From positions 32,001-96,000 of IMG/VR virus record IMGVR_UViG_3300003690_003472: DNA of 64,000 nt. One strand, 5' to 3'. Source of the DNA: a virus. Numbering within the stretch: position 1 is the stretch's first letter; each line of letters opens with the position of its first letter. Shown piece by piece: positions 57,412 to 64,000 of this stretch. Both the position numbers and the translations under genes were made by a program. The notes under the pieces are model-generated. The model saw only the letters and a list, made by a program, of their open reading frames with translations, ran no database searches and was not told the DNA's origin.

Positions 57412-57834
57412 ATGAAATTAAAAAATTTAGATAAGATAGCTAAAATTGAAAAAGCAATTGCTAAAAAATATGGTACAGAGACAATTGTAAATCCCAAGTC
57501 TTCTTGGACAGATGAAAAAGAAGAAGAGTATCTAGAAGAAGTTAAAGAGTTTTATAAAGAAGAATATAAAAAGGAAGAACAGAAAGAGAAAGTTGAGAAA
57601 GACGGCTTTTTCCTTCCAAAGAATCTAATTACTAAGGAAAATAAAAGAAATTGTTCTGCATGCGGAATTCTTTCTTTTAAACTAAAAGATGACTTATATA
57701 TGAATAAGTTTGATTGTTGTTTTAAGTGTTATATTCAACATGTTGAATTCAATGAAGAAAGGTGGTTAAAAGGATGGAGGCCAAACAATGAAAGTGCGAA
57801 TTACAAGAAAGAACAAAAAGAGACGAGATCCTAG
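57412..57834 (+). CDS. Hypothetical protein with CxxC...CCxxC zinc-binding motif
   Basis: NCSAC...FDCCFKCYIQHVE. Confidence 0.65.
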   Translation: MKLKNLDKIAKIEKAIAKKYGTETIVNPKSSWTDEKEEEYLEEVKEFYKEEYKKEEQKEKVEKDGFFLPKNLITKENKRNCSACGILSFKLKDDLYMNKFDCCFKCYIQHVEFNEERWLKGWRPNNESANYKKEQKETRS

Positions 57835-58039
57835 ATATTTTCTACATGAAAATTTAGAATTAGATCAAGAACCAGGGGAAGAAATAGGGCTAGAAGTAGA
57901 GCCAGAAGTAAAACCAGATGTTGATATCGAAGACGCCTCAGAACAAAACATTATTGCTCATGACGCTCGTTTGGATTTTATAGAGGGGTTTCTTAAAAGA
58001 GAGTTTCCCGAGTTTAAGCCCGGAAGAGAAGAGTGGTAA
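57788..58039 (+). CDS. Small acidic protein with basic N-terminal leader
   Basis: GGAGG RBS; MKVRITRKNKKRRDPRYFLHE followed by an acidic body. Confidence 0.6.
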   Translation: MKVRITRKNKKRRDPRYFLHENLELDQEPGEEIGLEVEPEVKPDVDIEDASEQNIIAHDARLDFIEGFLKREFPEFKPGREEW

Positions 58040-58052
58040 GGAATAAAGATAA

Positions 58053-58424
58053 ATGAAATTAACAAAAAGGGCACTTAAAAATTTAATTAAAGAAGTATTT
58101 GGTGAAGAGTTTGGTGAAGAAGAAGTTTCCGAATCTAATATTGAATTTTTAGACCGTCAAGCCTGGAAACAAGCGAAAGGTATTCGCGCCGAGAACACAA
58201 CAGATGAAGATCATGAAGCACTTACTGCGGAATTTCCAGATAAAAACATTGTTGATCCGTTCGATGTAAATCAGATAAGAAAAGCAACTCAAGATGCATC
58301 TGAAAGAGACATAATTCCTCTTGGAAAAGTAGAAAATGAAGTTTGGTTTAAAACGGGTGATAATAAGTATGGAAAACTAACACTAGCGCAAGAAGAAAAG
58401 GAATTAACTTTAAGGGGATTTTAA
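58053..58424 (+). CDS. Small acidic protein with MKLTK..LK.LIKE leader (possible prohead internal protein)
   Basis: AAGGA RBS; basic leader ending in IKE. Confidence 0.6.
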   Translation: MKLTKRALKNLIKEVFGEEFGEEEVSESNIEFLDRQAWKQAKGIRAENTTDEDHEALTAEFPDKNIVDPFDVNQIRKATQDASERDIIPLGKVENEVWFKTGDNKYGKLTLAQEEKELTLRGF

Positions 58425-58985
58425 ATGGCAACTGTATATGATATTATAAAAGGAATACATCAAGCAGCAGCAAATGCTTATGATGGTTCGCAATATGAAA
58501 GATATTCTTATGATGGCGAAGAGCGTAAGTGCGGCTTAAAGCGCGAAGAAGGCGATCCAATTATTGATTCTCGTGTAATGGACGGCTTTGGTGTTCGTAT
58601 TTCCGGTCCTAAACTTATTGTTTCTTATCAAAGTGAGTTACCAATAAAATCTTTTCACAACTCTAAGTTGGATGATGAAATTGAAAGCATATTTGCAGGC
58701 ATTGCTAAGTTTTTAAAGAAAGAATATAAAGCAATAACAGGCGATACCCTTGCTCTCAAGTCTGATGCGCCATGTGAAATACTACTTCAAAATATGTCTC
58801 GCATTCGCACGTGGTGTCAATGTAAGAAAGTCTACACTATTGGTGGCCTAAAAGATACAGAAGCCGTAGGTGAGAATTTACCTGGAGATTCAGAAGAAAA
58901 ACTTAGAGCAGCCGTTAAAAAATGGCTCGAAATAGGAAAGCCGAAATACGGCGCTGCAAAGAAATCAAATAATGTCAAGGCATAA
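58425..58985 (+). CDS. Conserved hypothetical protein upstream of the terminase
   Basis: AGGGG RBS; TAATG overlap with terL. Confidence 0.7.
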   Translation: MATVYDIIKGIHQAAANAYDGSQYERYSYDGEERKCGLKREEGDPIIDSRVMDGFGVRISGPKLIVSYQSELPIKSFHNSKLDDEIESIFAGIAKFLKKEYKAITGDTLALKSDAPCEILLQNMSRIRTWCQCKKVYTIGGLKDTEAVGENLPGDSEEKLRAAVKKWLEIGKPKYGAAKKSNNVKA

Positions 58986-60571
58986 TGAGCTACAAACTAA
59001 CAAGAAAAGAGATCTTAAAAGAGATCTTAAAGTGTGGCAAAGACCCTAGATACTTTAATAATAATTACGCCAAGATACCTCACCCCGGGCAGGGCCTTAT
59101 CCCATTTAAAACATATGATTATCAAGATGATTTATTAGAAAATTTTAATGATTATCGATTTACTGTTATACTAAAAGCAAGGCAATTAGGTATCTCTACG
59201 ATTGTTGCTGGTTATGTTGCGTGGATGCTTCTTTTTCACCGCGACAAAAACGTTCTTATCGTTGCAACGAAGTTATCCACAGCAGCAAATTTAGTTCGAA
59301 AAGTAAAAAGTATTATTAAACATTTACCAGATTGGTTAAAAATTGCTAATATAGATATTGATAATAAAAATTCATTTGAATTAAGCAACGGATCTCAAGT
59401 CAAAGCTTCATCCACTTCTGGCGATGCAGGCCGCTCAGAAGCTTTGTCTCTTTTGGTTGTTGACGAAGCTGCACACATAGAAAACCTTACAGACCTTTGG
59501 ACCGGTCTTTATCCTACAATTTCAACAGGTGGTCGCTGTATCGCACTCTCAACTCCAAACGGCGTTGGTGATTGGTTTCATGAAACATATGTAAAAGCAG
59601 ATTCAGGACAAAATGAATTTTTTCCTGTAAAGCTTTTTTGGGATGTACACCCGGAACGCGATTTGGAATGGTTTGAAGTTGAGACAAGAAATATGAGCAA
59701 GAGGCAAATTGCTCAAGAGTATGAATGTAATTTTAATACATCTGGCGAAACCGTTATAGAGGGGGTTGATATTCAAAGACTAAAAAAGACAATTCGAGAA
59801 CCAACCTATAGAACGGGCATTGATAGAAATTATTGGATTTGGGAAGAATTTAAGCCAGAGAGTTCTTATTTATTAGTTGCAGATGTCTCACGCGGCGACG
59901 GCGCCGATTTTTCTGTTTTTCACGTTTTTAAATTAGAAACAATGGAGATAATCGCAGAATATCAAGGAAAAGTAACTCCAGATATCTTTTCGGATATTGT
60001 CCACGGTGCTGGTAAAGAATATGGAAATGCAATGATTGTTGTTGAAAATAATAGTGTTGGGTATACAGTGCTGGATAAACTGAAAGACAAAGGATATCCA
60101 AACATTTATTATTCTATTAAATCTTCTCATGAATATATTGATCAATATCAAGCCGAAACTTCTTCGCGGGCTATAGCTGGATTTACAACCTCTCTTAAAA
60201 CGCGCCCCTTGTTTGTTGCCAAGTTTGAAGAATTTATAAGAAATAAGTTATTAACTATTTATTCTAAGAGGCTGGTCAATGAATTAGATACTTTTATTTG
60301 GAGAAATGGTCGACCCGAAGCTCAAAGAGGTTATAACGATGATTTAATTATAGCTTGTGCAATCGGCTGTTGGGTGCGAGATACTGCTTTAATTGAAAAT
60401 CAGCGCGATATGGAGTATAAAAAAGTATTTTTAAATTGTATAATGACCAATAAGACTCATTTAGATACTACAGTACCAGGAATGGCCAAACAAAAAGACT
60501 ATGAGCTTTTTGACAAGGCCAATGAAGCAGTAAAACAAAATAAAGAATTTTTATGGTTATTAAAAGGATAA
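58985..60571 (+). CDS. terL: Terminase large subunit (T4 gp17-like)
   Basis: Q-motif YDYQ, Walker A KARQLGIST, Walker B LVVDEAAH, coupling LSTPNG, nuclease ADVSRGDGADFS, VENNSVG and NDDLIIA. Confidence 0.95.
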   Translation: MSYKLTRKEILKEILKCGKDPRYFNNNYAKIPHPGQGLIPFKTYDYQDDLLENFNDYRFTVILKARQLGISTIVAGYVAWMLLFHRDKNVLIVATKLSTAANLVRKVKSIIKHLPDWLKIANIDIDNKNSFELSNGSQVKASSTSGDAGRSEALSLLVVDEAAHIENLTDLWTGLYPTISTGGRCIALSTPNGVGDWFHETYVKADSGQNEFFPVKLFWDVHPERDLEWFEVETRNMSKRQIAQEYECNFNTSGETVIEGVDIQRLKKTIREPTYRTGIDRNYWIWEEFKPESSYLLVADVSRGDGADFSVFHVFKLETMEIIAEYQGKVTPDIFSDIVHGAGKEYGNAMIVVENNSVGYTVLDKLKDKGYPNIYYSIKSSHEYIDQYQAETSSRAIAGFTTSLKTRPLFVAKFEEFIRNKLLTIYSKRLVNELDTFIWRNGRPEAQRGYNDDLIIACAIGCWVRDTALIENQRDMEYKKVFLNCIMTNKTHLDTTVPGMAKQKDYELFDKANEAVKQNKEFLWLLKG

Positions 60572-60577
60572 TATTAA

Positions 60578-62566
60578 ATGGACCCGAAAAACATTAAAAA
60601 CACAAAAAATCCTAGAAATCCAGATTCAGGCCTTTATAGAAAGCTAACAAAGCTTTTTTCAGGACCATTAATTAATTATCGCTCTCAAAACACGCGACAA
60701 TTAAGAAGAAGAAGGCTCGATAAATACGCAAAAACTTTTAAAGATGTTACTGGTCAAAAGTTCGAAAGGCTAGGATATAATCCTTTTGAGAATTTTTCAT
60801 CATATATGATGGGTACTCAATCTCGATTGCAAAGATATTCTGATTTTGATCAAATGGAATTCACACCAGAAATTTCTTCTGCGATGGACATATATGCGGA
60901 TGAGATGACTACTCACACGGGTATTAAAAAAGTTTTACAAATAGAATCTCCCGATGAAGAAATAAAAGGTATATTAGACGCTTTGTTTTATAATGTTTTA
61001 AATATTGAATTTAATTTATTCGGTTGGTGCCGCACAATGTGCAAATATGGAGATTTCTTTTTATATTTAGATATCGATCCAGAGCTTGGAGTTAAACAAG
61101 TTATTGGTTTACCTACAAACGAGATTGAAAGATTAGAAGGGGAAGATAAGACTAATCCAAATTATATACAATTTCAGTGGAATTCGGGTGGTGTTACATT
61201 CGAGAATTGGCAGATGGGTCATTTTAGAATATTAGGAAATGATAAGTTTGCTCCCTATGGAACTTCTATTTTAGACGGTGCTAGAAGAATTTGGCGTCAA
61301 TTAATTCTTTTAGAGGATGCAATGATGGCTTATCGCATTGTCCGAGCGCCCGAGAGACGCGTTTTTTATGTTGACGTTGGAAACATCCCACCTCAAGATG
61401 TTGAGCAATATATGCAACGTGTCATAACTTCCATGAAAAGAAATCAATTAGTTGATGCCGATACCGGCCGCGTTGATTTGCGCTATAATCCAATGAGCGT
61501 AGAAGAAGATTATTACATTCCAGTAAGAGGAGACGTTTCTACAAAAATTGAGACCTTGCCGGGTGGAACATATACCGGCGATATTGAGGATGTGAAATAT
61601 CTAAGAGATAAGCTATTTTCTGCTTTAAAAATTCCACAGTCTTACTTGTCACGCGGAGAAGGTGGCGACGAAGATAAAGCCACATTAGCACAAAAAGACA
61701 TTCGTTTTGCTCGCACTGTCCAAAGATTACAACGCGCCGTCATTTCTGAATTACAAAAAATTGGAACCATTCACCTTTATACAATTGGCTATAGAGGAGA
61801 TGACCTTTTATCTTTTAATATTAAACTAAATAATCCATCTAAAATTTCAGAACTTCAAGAACTTGAACATTGGAATACAAAATTTAGTGTCGCCGCACAA
61901 GCGATTGAAGGGTTCTTCAGTAAGCGGTGGGTGGCTAGAAACTTATTTGATCTATCTGAAGAGGAGTTTTTACGTAATCAAAGAGAACTCTTTTATGATA
62001 AATACTTATCTCAAGAACTTGAGATGGTGGGCCAAGAAGCTATGGCAGGTGCCGCACCAGCTGCTGGTATGGGCGCCCTTGGAGGCGAAGAAATGGCAAT
62101 GCCAGAGGAGGGAGGCGAAGAAATGGCAATGCCAGAGGAGGCGCCTGCTGAAGAAGTACCCCCAGAAGGAGAAACTTCTCTTCTTGCAGCTCCGGGTCAT
62201 CGAGACGATGATGCTTGGATAAAGGCAAAAGCAGTTAAAAAAGATACATTTGGAAGACCCAAAACAACAACGAGCAAATCAAAAGGAAAGTGGTATAAAC
62301 CGGTTACAGCAGACCAACGTCAGCGCGGAGCAAGAAAAAGGAATATGCTAGCAAAAGGTTCTCATGAAACTGCCACTGCGCCCAAAAGACAAACAAGAAT
62401 GAACTTGTCAGCTGGAGCCCAGGAGCTACTTGGTTTAGGAAAGGGTATTTCTGAGAATAAAGACACTATTTATAATGAAGAAGAACATAAACTATTTGAA
62501 GTTAATTATAGAATGAAAGATTTAATAGAGGAATTGGAGCAAAACGATAATGCCAAAGTACAATAA
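60578..62566 (+). CDS. Portal protein (T4 gp20-like) with low-complexity C-terminal extension
   Basis: LEDAMMAYRIVRAPERRVFYVDVGNIP, EEDYYIP.RG, IEDVKYLRDKLFSALKIPQSYL and DIRFARTVQRLQ motifs. Confidence 0.95.
   Translation: MDPKNIKNTKNPRNPDSGLYRKLTKLFSGPLINYRSQNTRQLRRRRLDKYAKTFKDVTGQKFERLGYNPFENFSSYMMGTQSRLQRYSDFDQMEFTPEISSAMDIYADEMTTHTGIKKVLQIESPDEEIKGILDALFYNVLNIEFNLFGWCRTMCKYGDFFLYLDIDPELGVKQVIGLPTNEIERLEGEDKTNPNYIQFQWNSGGVTFENWQMGHFRILGNDKFAPYGTSILDGARRIWRQLILLEDAMMAYRIVRAPERRVFYVDVGNIPPQDVEQYMQRVITSMKRNQLVDADTGRVDLRYNPMSVEEDYYIPVRGDVSTKIETLPGGTYTGDIEDVKYLRDKLFSALKIPQSYLSRGEGGDEDKATLAQKDIRFARTVQRLQRAVISELQKIGTIHLYTIGYRGDDLLSFNIKLNNPSKISELQELEHWNTKFSVAAQAIEGFFSKRWVARNLFDLSEEEFLRNQRELFYDKYLSQELEMVGQEAMAGAAPAAGMGALGGEEMAMPEEGGEEMAMPEEAPAEEVPPEGETSLLAAPGHRDDDAWIKAKAVKKDTFGRPKTTTSKSKGKWYKPVTADQRQRGARKRNMLAKGSHETATAPKRQTRMNLSAGAQELLGLGKGISENKDTIYNEEEHKLFEVNYRMKDLIEELEQNDNAKVQ
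62081..62140 (+). repeat. Perfect 30-bp tandem duplication (GGEEMAMPEE x2)
   Basis: GGAGGCGAAGAAATGGCAATGCCAGAGGAG at 62081-62110 and 62111-62140. Confidence 0.97.
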
Positions 62567-63371
62567 AAAAAGAAACACTGCTTTTCTTTATGAGGCTTTA
62601 GTGCGTGAGGCTGTCAAAAAATCTTTGAACAAAGAAGTAAAAAAACGTAATAAAATTATTTCAGTTTTAAAAGAATCTTTTGCACATAATACCTTTCTGG
62701 GAAAAGAGTTGATGCTTTTTAAAATTCTTTTGGAAACAAAGGGGCTATCTACTAGATCCGCCGACAAACTTATTGAAAAAGTTAAAAAAGAATATTTAAA
62801 GCTTAATACAAAAGAGATTTTTAATGAACAAAGTGCTTTAATTAAAAAAATAAATAAACAAATATCAAAAAATGTTTTTTCTAATTTTGTTCCAAACTAT
62901 AAAGATTTAGCAACCATATCTCAGATACTTAACGCAGATAGCGGTGTAAGAAATTGTATAATTTTAGAAGAAAATTTGTTAAATAAAATTACACAAAAGA
63001 CCAACTTTAAAGAAAAAAATAAAAAAAGCAAAATATCAAACCTTGTTGTAAATGGGTTTATTAAAAAATTTAATGATAAATATAGTACGAGCCTTCAAGA
63101 AAATCAAAAAGTACTTCTTAGTAAATTTATATTATCATTCATGGATAATGGTGTTGATTTTAAGGTATTTTTAAACGAAGAAATTGAATATTTGAAAAAA
63201 ACAATAAGAAATTCATATGATCTAGAAGAGCTTAAAAAAGACGACAACATGATGATTAAAATGAAAAAAGTTTTAAGCCTATTGGAAAACGCCAATACAA
63301 AACCAGTTGATAATGAATTTTTGCAACAGTTATTAAAAATACAATCTTTAGCAAAGGAGATTGAAGTCTGA
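62550..63371 (+). CDS. Conserved helical protein downstream of the portal (head morphogenesis context)
   Basis: KYNKKRNTAFLYEAL start; very AT-rich, Lys-rich, helical. Confidence 0.7.
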   Translation: MPKYNKKRNTAFLYEALVREAVKKSLNKEVKKRNKIISVLKESFAHNTFLGKELMLFKILLETKGLSTRSADKLIEKVKKEYLKLNTKEIFNEQSALIKKINKQISKNVFSNFVPNYKDLATISQILNADSGVRNCIILEENLLNKITQKTNFKEKNKKSKISNLVVNGFIKKFNDKYSTSLQENQKVLLSKFILSFMDNGVDFKVFLNEEIEYLKKTIRNSYDLEELKKDDNMMIKMKKVLSLLENANTKPVDNEFLQQLLKIQSLAKEIEV

Positions 63372-63961
63372 TGGTAGATTTTAATGTAAAGGTCGAGGGC
63401 CCGAAGGTTGCCCCTCTTGCGCCAGCAACCAGTTTTAAAGTTAAGATTGATAATCCCATCGATGCAAGAATAAGACTGAAGGCAAGAAAAACATTAGATG
63501 GGAATATATTGGTTTTTGACCATCCAGAAATTGATATTGTATTGTCTCCTAAAAATAAAAAAGTTTTAGCTCTTTCAAAAGATGAATATGGCGATCACGT
63601 ATATGCAACTCAATCTAGACTTTTTGAATATTTAATAAAAAATGGAGTTATAGAAGGCTCCTCAATTCGAGGAGGCAATATTTATGGCTCACTGGAGGGT
63701 ACCATTTTAGAAAGCTTTGAGCCTGATAGAGTAGATTCACTACAGGTGGTTTTATATTCAGTAGCCTCCTTTTTGATCGAAGAAAAACCTCATTATCAAG
63801 CAGTCAAGCGATATGAAATTGAATTTGAGAAAGAGCTACTTGAACCAGACGACAAAGACTCTACCGAACTTGGCGAAATACCACACGATAAACGAAAAGG
63901 CACTGTTGGTCATTACAGTGGTATGGGTACTTATGGTCTTTTCGGTTATAGTGGTTACTAA
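63371..63961 (+). CDS. Conserved hypothetical protein
   Basis: TGATG overlap; ARKTLDGNILVFDHPEIDIV...GGNIYGSLEG; co-oriented. Confidence 0.7.
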   Translation: MVDFNVKVEGPKVAPLAPATSFKVKIDNPIDARIRLKARKTLDGNILVFDHPEIDIVLSPKNKKVLALSKDEYGDHVYATQSRLFEYLIKNGVIEGSSIRGGNIYGSLEGTILESFEPDRVDSLQVVLYSVASFLIEEKPHYQAVKRYEIEFEKELLEPDDKDSTELGEIPHDKRKGTVGHYSGMGTYGLFGYSGY

Positions 63962-63970
63962 GAGGCTTAG

Positions 63971-64000
63971 ATGGATTTAATATACTTTATATTAACAGCA
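63971..64000 (+). CDS. Start of a hydrophobic protein (3' truncated by window edge)
   Basis: GAGG RBS, then MDLIYFILTA. Confidence 0.5.
   Translation, partial: MDLIYFILTA

Noticed and set aside
3741-62222. Short alternative-frame + strand ORFs nested in long genes (for example 15057..15356, 30865..31212, 61863..62222)
   Set aside because: Fully overlapped by motif-bearing genes, with no independent start signals.
58985-62566. Inteins or introns in terminase, portal or primase
   Set aside because: Lengths fit uninterrupted proteins; no C...HN splice motifs or homing endonuclease ORFs seen.
902-63459. All minus-strand ORFs in the track (for example 6642..7127, 21695..22240, 51505..51999)
   Set aside because: They lie antisense to well-supported + strand genes, lack RBS and motifs, and show the Phe/Ser/Leu-rich composition of shadow frames.
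1-64000. CRISPR array, tRNA or rRNA genes
   Set aside because: No repeat-spacer periodicity or cloverleaf/TTCGA arm recognised; intergenic gaps are nearly all under 120 bp.

Overview
A 64 kb stretch of an AT-rich (roughly one-third GC, estimated by eye) large tailed dsDNA phage, myovirus-like with T4-type baseplate, terminase and portal homologues. All credible genes lie on the + strand and read in the standard code, tightly packed with frequent ATGA/TAATG overlaps. Order: (1) 1-6367, a nucleotide-sugar/nonulosonate-like enzyme cluster (VOC fragment, truncated SDR, sugar isomerase, SDRs, NeuB-like, cupin, HAD, SAM methyltransferase, Gmd, Ugd-like). (2) 6364-8369, small proteins and a phage sigma factor. 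(3) 8370-46928, a very large baseplate/tail block (hub protein with amidase, gp25, gp6, a 3288-aa LamG-bearing wedge protein, several 1000-2400 aa proteins). (4) 46946-52819, RuvC-like resolvase, primase, ParB-like protein and a single-chain Mre11-Rad50 (SbcD-SbcC) fusion, with sigma70-type promoters. (5) 52938-57410, four membrane proteins (candidate lysis cassette) and a fibre/LamG module. (6) 57412-64000, small head-associated proteins, large terminase, portal and downstream conserved genes. No tRNA, CRISPR array, integrase, intein or reverse transcriptase was recognised. The most unusual signals are: twin hairpins with an identical GUAAAU loop in the leader of the ParB-like gene; predicted leaderless primase and Mre11-Rad50 mRNAs; a palindrome-packed 27-codon bridge ORF coupled to its neighbours at both ends; at least 21 GGCGCC sites; terminal cysteines on five tail proteins; and a probably dead esterase fold inside the tail hub protein. 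All functional calls come from motif recognition by eye; no database search was run.
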